A stretch of DNA of 64,000 bases from positions 3,936,001 to 4,000,000 of the forward strand of contig OY969811.1 in the NCBI GenBank assembly GCA_963703315.1. Reading direction: 5' to 3'. A program made the position numbers and the translations under genes. The notes under the pieces were generated by a model. That model ran no database searches and was not told where the DNA came from. It saw only the letters and a list, made by a program, of their open reading frames with translations. How positions within the stretch are numbered: the stretch's first letter is position 1; the number at the start of each line of letters is the position of its first letter. Shown here one piece after another: positions 8,873-17,369 of this stretch. This DNA is from an uncultured cyanobacterium (GTDB lineage: Bacteria > Cyanobacteriota > Cyanobacteriia > Pseudanabaenales > Pseudanabaenaceae).

Positions 8873-11188
8873 ATGGATACGATCCAACAGCCTCAACCTA
8901 AGATAGGTGCATTTGAAAAATTGCGACAGGCTTCACAATTCACCGTGATAGGAGTTGAAGATTCGATTCCGTTGCGGGTGATGGTGCAAATCTTTGTATT
9001 TATTAGCATTGGGGCAATGGATGCGGTTGCCAGTTCCAGTAATAGCGCTTGGGCAATCCCTCTCAGTGCGATCGCCGCAGTCTGGGCGTGGTATGCGCGG
9101 CGCAAACGTAATGTCATCGTGAAATTATTCATTGCGATCGCCATGATTGCCATGCTCGTAGTATTTCTCAATGATCTGGTGCGAAATACTGAAGAGACGC
9201 GGCTATTACTTGCGAGATTGCTGATTCAGTTACAGGTTTTGCATAGTTTTGACTTGCCACGCCGTAAGGACTTGGGCTATTCGATTGTGATTGGCTTAAT
9301 CCTGATGGCATTGGCGGCAACCTTAAGCCAGACCATGATTTTTGCATTGTGGCTAATTGCGTTTTTAGTGGTGGGAATTACGATTTTATTGCTGGATCAC
9401 CGATCGCGGCTAGGGGTGCAAACGGTTAGCTTCGAGCCAAATAAAATGGGGATGTCGCTGTTGCCTCTATCGGGACTATTGGCGATCGTCTTGGTGTTGG
9501 GGTTACTAATATTTGCCTTTCTGCCACGTTTACCGGGGTTTCAGTTACGCAATTTTCCCGTAAGTGTGAATATTCCTGTAGATAGACAAATTCCGCGTGG
9601 GGGGATTTTGACTAGACAGCAGCAAAATCAGCAGCAAGCTGGTACTAATGGCACTGGTGGGACTGGCACTGGTGGAACTGGCAACAATAATGATCAAGAG
9701 ACCTTGCCGCCACTATTTGCTCCTGAGATTACTACGGTGGGAGGTAAGGGGGGCAACAATACTCAACGTCAGCCTGAATTGGTGATGCGCGTGCGATCGC
9801 AAGCAGAGTTATTTTGGCGCGTTATGGCGTATGACGAATTTACAGGGAAAGGATGGCGCATCTCTCGCAATGATCCTTCACAAATTCGCACTATTAAACG
9901 CAATCCCTTTAATTATGAATTTTTTCCACCAATTCCCACCTATGCATTTATTGGTGCTACGAAGTTAGTCAAGCCTCTGCCTACCCAAGAAGTAGTCCAA
10001 ACCTACACGATTACATCAACAAATTTTCCTAATCTGGTACCTGCGGCGGCTGTACCGAGTCGGATTTATTTCCCTAGTGAAGAGTTGGATTTTGACCAAG
10101 AAGGGATGATTCGAGGTCCGGGTCCTTTGCCAGAGGATTTGACCTATACCGTCATTTCCAATGTGGTTCTCCGTGACCCGAAACTATTGCGGACAATGCC
10201 GAATGAATATCCACGAGCAATTCGTAATTATTACCTACAAGTGCCTGCCGATCTATCTCCTAAAGTTCGGAATGCCGCCTTAGAGATGGTTGCTAGTGCT
10301 AAAGATGCATCGGGTAAGCTGGTTGCTTTAAATAACCCTTACGATGTCGTAGTGCAGATTGCCCAAAGCCTAAAGCAAAACTATGCAGTTAAGCCTCTCA
10401 GTTTTGACGAGTCGAAGGGAGATCTCGTCTCGCAGTTTGTCACACAGGGGGGCGGCGAGGAGAGTCACTTTATTTCGACGATGGCAATCATGTTGCGATC
10501 GCTTGGCATTCCCACCCGCTATGTAGTTGGTTTTGCCCCTGGTAAATTTAACCCCTTTACAGGGCTATACGAGGTGCAGAACATTGATACACAGTCAATG
10601 GTAGAAGTGTTTTTCCCTGTCTACGGTTGGGTCGCCTTTGATCCTGTCCCCAATCGTCCCTTATTTCCGCCATCAATTGAGAATAATCGTACTTTTGGCG
10701 TGATTCAAACCTTTTGGAATTGGATTGCTCAATTTCTGCCCAGTCCAGTCAATAATTTCTTTGCTAATCTCTTTGATGGCATCGGCAAATTTTTAGGTGG
10801 TGTCATCAGTTGGCTGATCGAAATGGGTTGGGTTGGGGTTGCCTTTGGTTTAGCGATCGCCTTTGGTTTCGGCATCGGTGGTTGGGCTTTGTGGCAATTT
10901 GCGATTTGGTGGTGGCAGTTACGCCGCTTGCAAAAAATGCCGATCCCGCAGCGTACCTATCAACAAATGTTGCAATGGCTCTCAGAGCAGGGCAAACCGA
11001 AATCGCCCCAGCAAACCCCGCAAGAGTATGTGGCAAGTCTCCGCGATCGCCTATCTGAGCAACAAGTTACAGCGATCGCCCAAATTACACAGATCTATCA
11101 AGATTGGCGCTATGGCAATCAGGCGATCGGCTACAACCTCGCCACAGAGCTAAGAACTCTTTTAGATCGCTTAAAATCCCATAGATAA
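8873..11188 (+). CDS. TgpA-like membrane protein (DUF3488 + transglutaminase-like + DUF4129)
   Basis: Multi-TM N-terminus, FWRVMAYDEFTGKGW, MLRSLGIPTRYVVGF and GWVAFDP motifs. Start ATG 8873 is preferred over 8798. Confidence 0.85.
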   Translation: MDTIQQPQPKIGAFEKLRQASQFTVIGVEDSIPLRVMVQIFVFISIGAMDAVASSSNSAWAIPLSAIAAVWAWYARRKRNVIVKLFIAIAMIAMLVVFLNDLVRNTEETRLLLARLLIQLQVLHSFDLPRRKDLGYSIVIGLILMALAATLSQTMIFALWLIAFLVVGITILLLDHRSRLGVQTVSFEPNKMGMSLLPLSGLLAIVLVLGLLIFAFLPRLPGFQLRNFPVSVNIPVDRQIPRGGILTRQQQNQQQAGTNGTGGTGTGGTGNNNDQETLPPLFAPEITTVGGKGGNNTQRQPELVMRVRSQAELFWRVMAYDEFTGKGWRISRNDPSQIRTIKRNPFNYEFFPPIPTYAFIGATKLVKPLPTQEVVQTYTITSTNFPNLVPAAAVPSRIYFPSEELDFDQEGMIRGPGPLPEDLTYTVISNVVLRDPKLLRTMPNEYPRAIRNYYLQVPADLSPKVRNAALEMVASAKDASGKLVALNNPYDVVVQIAQSLKQNYAVKPLSFDESKGDLVSQFVTQGGGEESHFISTMAIMLRSLGIPTRYVVGFAPGKFNPFTGLYEVQNIDTQSMVEVFFPVYGWVAFDPVPNRPLFPPSIENNRTFGVIQTFWNWIAQFLPSPVNNFFANLFDGIGKFLGGVISWLIEMGWVGVAFGLAIAFGFGIGGWALWQFAIWWWQLRRLQKMPIPQRTYQQMLQWLSEQGKPKSPQQTPQEYVASLRDRLSEQQVTAIAQITQIYQDWRYGNQAIGYNLATELRTLLDRLKSHR

Positions 11189-11320
11189 AAAGGGGGCGCT
11201 TAGCGCCCCCTTTTTATCTATGGGATTTTGTAAAGTTTTGTGATTTTATTACAAATTCTTGGCTGATTCACCGCTTTTGGTAGACTAGATGGCGAATATA
11301 TTAAATTTCTTATTTTAATT

Positions 11321-11806
11321 ATGAGCGTAGTTATTCAAGTTTTAGAAAAAGCCGACGAAGAACTCCGTTATCCCAGCATTTCTGAGTTGCAAAGTGTCAA
11401 AGACTTTCTCTCCACTGGTGCTCAAAGGGTGCGGATTGCGACGATCTTGGCAGAAAGCGAAGACAAAATCGTTAAGAAAGCGACCACAGAACTATTTAGA
11501 ATTCATCCCGACTATATCTCCCCTGGTGGCAATGCCTATGGTCAAAAGCAACGCAACCAATGCCTGAGAGACTTCACATGGTACATCCGCCTCACTACCT
11601 ATGGGGTTTTGGCAGGTGATAAAGAACCGATCGAAAAAATCGGGATCATTGGTGCGCGTGAAATGTATAACTCTCTTGGCGTACCTTTGGTTGGTATGGC
11701 TGATGCAGTACGTGCGCTCAAAAATGCTTCTCTTGCGCTATTGAGCAAAGAAGATGCAGATGCGACTGAACCCTATTTTGATTACATCATTCAAGCTTTG
11801 TCCTAA
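11321..11806 (+). CDS. apcD: Allophycocyanin alpha-B subunit
   Basis: [16 protein letters not shown], chromophore Cys in QCLRD and [10 protein letters not shown]; 161 aa. Confidence 0.92.
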   Translation: MSVVIQVLEKADEELRYPSISELQSVKDFLSTGAQRVRIATILAESEDKIVKKATTELFRIHPDYISPGGNAYGQKQRNQCLRDFTWYIRLTTYGVLAGDKEPIEKIGIIGAREMYNSLGVPLVGMADAVRALKNASLALLSKEDADATEPYFDYIIQALS

Positions 11807-11895
11807 TTGTTTAATGCATTAAAAGCAAGTGGTGCGCGGCTACGCCGCTTACCAAAAGAGAGTGGCGGCGCTTCGCGCCGCCACTCTCTTTTGGG

Positions 11896-12825
11896 TTAAA
11901 TTTTGCCTGCGATTTGGAGAAGTGTTACTTCCCAAACTAATCGTGGTTGCACATAACGGGCAATCAACTCTCTTGCTTTATCGAGATGTTGTAAAACAGA
12001 TTTGGAGCGTTGCTGTTCCCAAAAATAATTTTGGAGATAATCAATCAGCCATAACTGCAAATCCACTTCTAGTTCTTTCGTGATTTGCTTAGCGATCGCC
12101 ATCGCACTTTTGGCATCTTTAGGAATTTGGCGCACTGAAGTTAATAACTCAAGGGGAATGCTTTTAAATCTCTCGAAAGACTCGATCGCCTGTCCTGCGG
12201 AACCTTGAGCAAGGGCAACCACTTCGGGCGGAATGGTATGTCCTTCACGGGTGAGGACTTCCTGCATTTGCGCTTGATTTAGCCTTGTAAAGGGAATACG
12301 TTGGCAGCGTGAAACAAGGGTGGGTAAGATCGAACCCGCATCGGGAACAATCAAGATAATCGTGGCGTAAAGAGGTTCTTCTAAGGTTTTGAGGAGGCTA
12401 TTAGCGGCGGACTCTGCCATTGATTGCGCTTCTTCGAGGATAACCACCGATCGCTTGCATTCGAGAGGCGATCGACTGACAAATTCGCTAATTTCCCGCA
12501 CCTGCTCGATTCTAATCTGGGGTAAAGCACGACGTTTTAACCCTGAGGCATCGGCTTCTTTCGCAGTAAGCATTTTGCCCTTATCTAAATAGGTCGGCTC
12601 TACCCACAGCAGATCAGGATGATTACGATCGCTTAAACGATTAGCCGATTTGCGATCGCCTAATAAAATTTCCGCAAAAGCTGAAGCGGTCTTACTGCGC
12701 CCTACACCACTTGTACCCGCAAACATATAGGCAGGGGCAATGCGATCGCGTTGAATTGCTGCTTTTAATAGGGCGATCGCTTGAGTTTGTCCAACAACAG
12801 AGTCAAAGGCGGTAAACACATTCAC
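11896..12825 (-). CDS. holB: DNA polymerase III subunit delta'
   Basis: APAYMFAGTSGVGR, NHPDLLW, AANSLLKTLEEP and TLVSRCQ motifs. Confidence 0.9.
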   Translation of the reverse strand: MNVFTAFDSVVGQTQAIALLKAAIQRDRIAPAYMFAGTSGVGRSKTASAFAEILLGDRKSANRLSDRNHPDLLWVEPTYLDKGKMLTAKEADASGLKRRALPQIRIEQVREISEFVSRSPLECKRSVVILEEAQSMAESAANSLLKTLEEPLYATIILIVPDAGSILPTLVSRCQRIPFTRLNQAQMQEVLTREGHTIPPEVVALAQGSAGQAIESFERFKSIPLELLTSVRQIPKDAKSAMAIAKQITKELEVDLQLWLIDYLQNYFWEQQRSKSVLQHLDKARELIARYVQPRLVWEVTLLQIAGKI

Positions 12826-13515
12826 CTAATCATTCCATTGACTTTGCTGCGATCTCCAAGATTCACTAGAACGGAGACTTTTGCGATTGGGGCTATCATT
12901 TTCCACCACAAGGCGACGACGCAACCACCAGCGAATTGCTTCATCGACAGCCGCCGTAGGATTGTTAGAAATTTCCGTTAGTTCTGCAAACAATTCTGGA
13001 GAAATTTCGACATAGGTTTTCCGACTGGGGGACTGGGGTATATCAACAGCAATTGACTCAGTATTATCCATATTCAGCGCCAGAACCGCTTGATTTGTCT
13101 CTGTGTAGTTAGCAATATTCTCTATACCTACCTCCCGATTGAGTTCATTCGTATTCTCGCTCGATTTGTCAGCTTCATTGGTGCGGATGGTTAGCATAGG
13201 AACAATCTCTGCGTCATGAAATAGATGGAGTCTGATGGCAATAAAGGTAACTGCAAGATTAATCGCTGCTACAACTAATAAATTAGTGGATTGTGCCAGT
13301 ATTAAAATTAGGGTTGCGGTCAGACTAATTATTAAACCAGTCACTAAAAGATTATAGCCGACTGCTTTTCTTGAGTTTGTTAGCTGGATTTGTCCTAATC
13401 CATTGACATTTCTGAGATTGTAGGGAGCATCACTTAAAATGGTAATTAGAGCGATCAGAATGTGAATTAGTCCAATTGCTAAGAAAAATCCGTTGAGTAG
13501 CCAAAAATCTTGCAT
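12826..13515 (-). CDS. Hypothetical membrane protein with a C-terminal domain paralogous to the upstream small protein
   Basis: Three hydrophobic segments, then VEISPELFAELTEISNNPTAAVDEAIRWWLRRR...QWND. Confidence 0.7.
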   Translation of the reverse strand: MQDFWLLNGFFLAIGLIHILIALITILSDAPYNLRNVNGLGQIQLTNSRKAVGYNLLVTGLIISLTATLILILAQSTNLLVVAAINLAVTFIAIRLHLFHDAEIVPMLTIRTNEADKSSENTNELNREVGIENIANYTETNQAVLALNMDNTESIAVDIPQSPSRKTYVEISPELFAELTEISNNPTAAVDEAIRWWLRRRLVVENDSPNRKSLRSSESWRSQQSQWND

Positions 13516-13527
13516 AAATTTTTTTAA

Positions 13528-13782
13528 TTAATCGTTCCACTCGCCGCGCGGTGGTACGACAGGATTCATGGTTAGAGGACGGGAACGATCAGCTTCTTTG
13601 ATGGCTCGGCGCTGTAACCATTGACGGATCGCTGTATCGATCGCCTGTTCAGGATCATTAGTTACTTCACCGAGTTCGGCAAGCAAAGCAGGGTCAATGT
13701 CTATGCTCTTTAGTACCTCATTAAATACTGCTTCATTAGCCGATTGGTCTATTTGCGGTACGTTAGCGTTATCTTGTGGCAT
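13528..13782 (-). CDS. Small cyanobacterial protein, ribbon-helix-helix/CcdA-like
   Basis: IDIDPALLAELGEVTNDPEQAIDTAIRQWL...PPRGEWND, a strand-helix-helix pattern. Confidence 0.7.
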   Translation of the reverse strand: MPQDNANVPQIDQSANEAVFNEVLKSIDIDPALLAELGEVTNDPEQAIDTAIRQWLQRRAIKEADRSRPLTMNPVVPPRGEWND

Positions 13783-13794
13783 AAGGAATATTTA

Positions 13795-13825
13795 AATTAA
13801 CTGGAATTAACTGGAAATTAACTGG
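13795..13825. repeat. Three direct repeats of AATTAACTGG just upstream of the 13782 start
   Basis: Copies at 13795, 13805 and 13816. Confidence 0.7.
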
Positions 13826-13974
13826 CACTATGCAGATTTTACCTAGATTTGTTACCTTCTAAATGTGCAGAGCGATCGCAATTAAGCTTTTTGCCATGCA
13901 GAATGCAGTAGGGACGGCGCACCGCACCGCCTCTACTGTATTCTGAAGTAACATCACCAACTTTATCTGTATCC

Positions 13975-15246
13975 ATGTCTTCACTTCAGGTCACACGCGG
14001 CACACGCGATATTCTTGCTCCCGAAATTTATTACTGGCAGCAGTTAGAGACAACTGCGCGTCAAATCCTTAGTCAAGCCGCCTATACCGAAATTCGCACG
14101 CCTATTTTTGAAGCAACTGAGCTATTTGCGCGGGGTATTGGTGAAGCCACAGATATTGTCGGTAAAGAAATGTATACCTTTAGCGATCGCGGCGATCGCT
14201 CTCTGACTTTGCGACCTGAAGGCACAGCAGGGGTAGCGCGATCCTATATCGAAAACAAGTTATTTGCTCAGGGTGGTGTGCAACGACTCTGGTATATGGG
14301 AGCGATGTTTCGCTATGAACGCCCCCAAGCAGGTCGCCAGCGTCAATTTCACCAGTTAGGCGTAGAGGTGTTAGGTAGTGCTGATCCCCGTGCCGATGCT
14401 GAAGCGATCGCGATCGCCAGTGATTTTTTGCAAGCAGTTGGTTTAACCGATCTCGTCGTTGATCTCAATTCCGTCGGCAGCGCCGAAGATCGGGTTGCCT
14501 ATCGTCAAGCCTTGGTGGACTATTTCACGCCATTTGCCGAAGAAATTGATGCCGATTCTCGCGATCGCCTCACCCGCAATCCTTTACGCATCCTTGATAG
14601 CAAAGACAAGCGTACTCAAGAAATTTCTCAAGATGCCCCCAGTATTCTCGATTATTTAAGCATTGAGTCCCAACAGCATTTTGAGAAGGTACAAAATTTA
14701 TTAACCGATCTAAACATTGCCTATCGGATTAATCCTCGCCTTGTACGCGGCTTAGACTACTATACCCGCACCGCCTTTGAAATCCAATCTAATTTACTAG
14801 GCGCACAGTCAGCAGTCTGTGGTGGTGGACGTTACGATCGCCTGATTGCTGAATTAGGTGGTGCAGATGTGCCTGCGGTGGGCTGGGCGATCGGCTTAGA
14901 GCGCTTAGTCATCCTCATGCAACAGGTTGCCGAACAAAAGCGATCGCAAATTGATTTCTACATTGTCTCGCGTGGTGAAAAAGCTGAAGCCAAGTCTCTA
15001 TCCATTGCTCAAGCTATTCGTAAAGCAGGCTTTACAGTGGAACTTGATCTCAGTGGCGCAAAGTTTGACAAGCAATTCAAACGTGCTAGTAATGCCAATG
15101 CGAAAGCGGCTGTGGTGATCGGTGATTCGGAAATTGAGGCAGGACAGGTACAAATCAAGTGGCTAGAAACTGGTGATCAAGAGGCGATCGCGATCGATGA
15201 TCTCAATTCCAGTTTTGAAGCGCTACGCCAAAAAATTGATCAGTAA
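13975..15246 (+). CDS. hisS: Histidine--tRNA ligase
   Basis: RGTRD, LRPEGTA, FRYERPQAGRQRQFHQ, LVRGLDYY and GGGRYD motifs. Confidence 0.97.
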   Translation: MSSLQVTRGTRDILAPEIYYWQQLETTARQILSQAAYTEIRTPIFEATELFARGIGEATDIVGKEMYTFSDRGDRSLTLRPEGTAGVARSYIENKLFAQGGVQRLWYMGAMFRYERPQAGRQRQFHQLGVEVLGSADPRADAEAIAIASDFLQAVGLTDLVVDLNSVGSAEDRVAYRQALVDYFTPFAEEIDADSRDRLTRNPLRILDSKDKRTQEISQDAPSILDYLSIESQQHFEKVQNLLTDLNIAYRINPRLVRGLDYYTRTAFEIQSNLLGAQSAVCGGGRYDRLIAELGGADVPAVGWAIGLERLVILMQQVAEQKRSQIDFYIVSRGEKAEAKSLSIAQAIRKAGFTVELDLSGAKFDKQFKRASNANAKAAVVIGDSEIEAGQVQIKWLETGDQEAIAIDDLNSSFEALRQKIDQ

Positions 15247-15323
15247 AAAATAAAAATGGCTACGCCATTTTTATTTTTTACAAAAGAGAGGGGCGGCGCT
15301 TTGCGCCGCCCCTCTCTTTTGGG

Positions 15324-15416
15324 TTAAAGACTATTAGCAGCATTGGCTAAAACCGAAACTGCAATCACACTTACAAAAAACTTCACGGAAAAACTGAGTA
15401 GTTCAAATATCGTCAT
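15324..15416 (-). CDS. 30-aa hydrophobic micro-protein, paralog 2
   Basis: ATG 15416 to TAA 15324 gives MTIFELLSFSVKFFVSVIAVSVLANAANSL, which aligns without gaps to the adjacent ORF. Confidence 0.65.
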   Translation of the reverse strand: MTIFELLSFSVKFFVSVIAVSVLANAANSL

Positions 15417-15429
15417 TGCAATGAGGGGG

Positions 15430-15522
15430 TTAGAGACTAGAGATAGCATTTGCCAAAACTAAAACAGCGATCGCACTAAAATAGAACTTGAAAATGAATT
15501 TACCAAAATGAAATACTGACAT
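15430..15522 (-). CDS. 30-aa hydrophobic micro-protein, paralog 1
   Basis: ATG 15522 preceded by a GAGGAG RBS; MSVFHFGKFIFKFYFSAIAVLVLANAISSL. Confidence 0.7.
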   Translation of the reverse strand: MSVFHFGKFIFKFYFSAIAVLVLANAISSL

Positions 15523-15610
15523 TACCTTGCTCCTCACTGCCTTAACTCTTGATGTACTTAGTATCAAGTTTTTCTCTAAGTTAGGACGTGATGTTAGGCT
15601 TTGAGGTTCC

Positions 15611-15646
15611 GTGATTGCGATCACTAAGGCGTGTGATCATAGATAC
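15611..15646. promoter_or_regulatory. Two CRP/NtcA-like palindromic sites upstream of the micro-protein pair
   Basis: GTGA-TTGCGA-TCAC at 15611-15624 and GTG-ATCATAGA-TAC at 15633-15646, 22 bp apart. Confidence 0.4.
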
Positions 15647-15694
15647 ATCAAGCCCAAGGTGGCAGCGCTTTGCGCCGCCACTTTGGGCTTGATG

Positions 15695-16285
15695 TCAAGA
15701 GCTATATCTTTCTTCTGCAAAAGGCTCACCACGATGGTGATAGCCATTCCGCTCCCAAAAACCTAGCTGCATCTTATTGAGAAACTCGATACCATTAATC
15801 CATTTAGCGCTCTTCCAAGCATAGAGATGGGGAACAACTAAGCGCATCGGACCTCCATTATCAATCGGTAATGGCTGATCAAAGAGAGTATGAGCAAAGA
15901 AATTCTCTTCTCTAACAAAATCTTCCATTGCTATATTGGTCGTATAGCCACCATAGCAATGTTCCATCAGATGCAAGGCTTGAGGATCAATTTCAATATA
16001 TTTGAGAAAGTCAGTGACTTTTACTCCCTTCCATTTGACATCCAGTTTTGACCATGTAGTAACACAATGGAAGTCGGCGGTAAACTCTGTTTGTGGCATT
16101 GCCATAAAGTCATCCCATGTAAAGGTTTTCGCGGTGGCGAGTCCCCATACTCGAAATTGCCAATCTTGCCGTTGAATGTTAGGAGTGTCGCCGTAGGTCA
16201 TGATTGGGAAGCCATTAGTGAGCCTTTGCCCTTTGGGAACCCGATCTTGATTTGGCGATCGCGATTGAAATAAGCCTCTAAACAT
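15695..16285 (-). CDS. Sulfite oxidase-like molybdopterin-dependent oxidoreductase
   Basis: DFHCVTTWS, GGPMRLVVPHLYAWKSAKW and GFWERNGYH motifs. Confidence 0.9.
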   Translation of the reverse strand: MFRGLFQSRSPNQDRVPKGQRLTNGFPIMTYGDTPNIQRQDWQFRVWGLATAKTFTWDDFMAMPQTEFTADFHCVTTWSKLDVKWKGVKVTDFLKYIEIDPQALHLMEHCYGGYTTNIAMEDFVREENFFAHTLFDQPLPIDNGGPMRLVVPHLYAWKSAKWINGIEFLNKMQLGFWERNGYHHRGEPFAEERYSS

Positions 16286-16515
16286 AAGTCTTTACCTAGC
16301 GCTATATCTAAAATCTATTATCCGATTTTTTGTGGCAAGGCAAAGTCACGGCACAAAAAATTGGATAGCGATTGCGATCGCCATTTGTATCAATAAGTGA
16401 GTAGCGGCGCTTTGCGCCGCTACTCACTTATTGGGTTTGATCGCTATAGGAACAAACTCAAAACATTATTAGTCATAATTTAGATAGAAATCTATTGGCA
16501 TCCCCAGAGGCGTTT

Positions 16516-17226
16516 ATGAGCGCTCAACACATTTCAAAATTGGCACCAAAATTGGCAGTTATTTCATCTGTCAGTATGGCACTAAGCATAGCCGTGACCG
16601 CCCTGATGGCAAGTCCTAGCGATGCTGCTTCACGTTATCGGGCAAAAGCGAATCCTCAAGCACCGATTACCCAAACAAGACAAAATCAAGTAGCTCAAGT
16701 ATTTCGTTCGACTTTAAGTTTCCCTGCTGGTCAACCGATCGCTACTAAAATCAATCGCCAAGATACTTTATATATTGCCAAGGGAGAAACTGTAAATGCC
16801 AGTCTCCTTGTTACTCAAGATATTGCCGCTAGTAATGGTATGGTTTTAATTCCTGCGGGGGCAGTAATTGAAGGACAGTTTGTACCTGCGGAAGGTGGCT
16901 CTAAGTTTGTTGCTCAGAAGTTGACCAGTCGTGGGGCAACAGTAAGGCTTCAAGCCGAATCTGCTTTAATTAATGATATTAAAGATCCCCGTGAGACTAA
17001 TGCAGGAGCAATTTTGACTGATGCGGGGATTGGGGGAGCCGCAGGAGCAGTTTTAGGTGGTGTGTTACGTGGCAATGTGCAAATTCTTGACGTTCTTGGT
17101 GGTGCTGCTGCCTCGGTACTAGTTGGTAATGTCACAGCACCGCAAGTGACTGTAATTGAACCAAGTACAGTCGTTAATGTCATCACTAAGCAGGCGATTA
17201 CCTTTGCGGTCAGGGATGATTATTAA
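16516..17226 (+). CDS. Secreted hypothetical protein with glycine-zipper segment
   Basis: Signal-peptide-like N-terminus, IPAGAVIEG beta motif and GIGGAAGAVLGG. ATG 16516 taken as start. Confidence 0.65.
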   Translation: MSAQHISKLAPKLAVISSVSMALSIAVTALMASPSDAASRYRAKANPQAPITQTRQNQVAQVFRSTLSFPAGQPIATKINRQDTLYIAKGETVNASLLVTQDIAASNGMVLIPAGAVIEGQFVPAEGGSKFVAQKLTSRGATVRLQAESALINDIKDPRETNAGAILTDAGIGGAAGAVLGGVLRGNVQILDVLGGAAASVLVGNVTAPQVTVIEPSTVVNVITKQAITFAVRDDY

Positions 17227-17369
17227 AAATCGAGTAGTGGTGCTTCGCACCGCTACTCGATTTTTATGGGCGTTTTGACTTTGACTTGGGATAAGTTTTT
17301 ATCGCGTTGTGAAGTCATCATGCTAACCTTGTAGCAAATTTTTTATGCTGCTGACCTCTTCAAACCCCA

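Noticed and set aside
15430..15624. 64-aa version of the micro-protein ORF
   Set aside because: The RBS and the paralog alignment place the start at ATG 15522; the extension runs through the putative operator sites.
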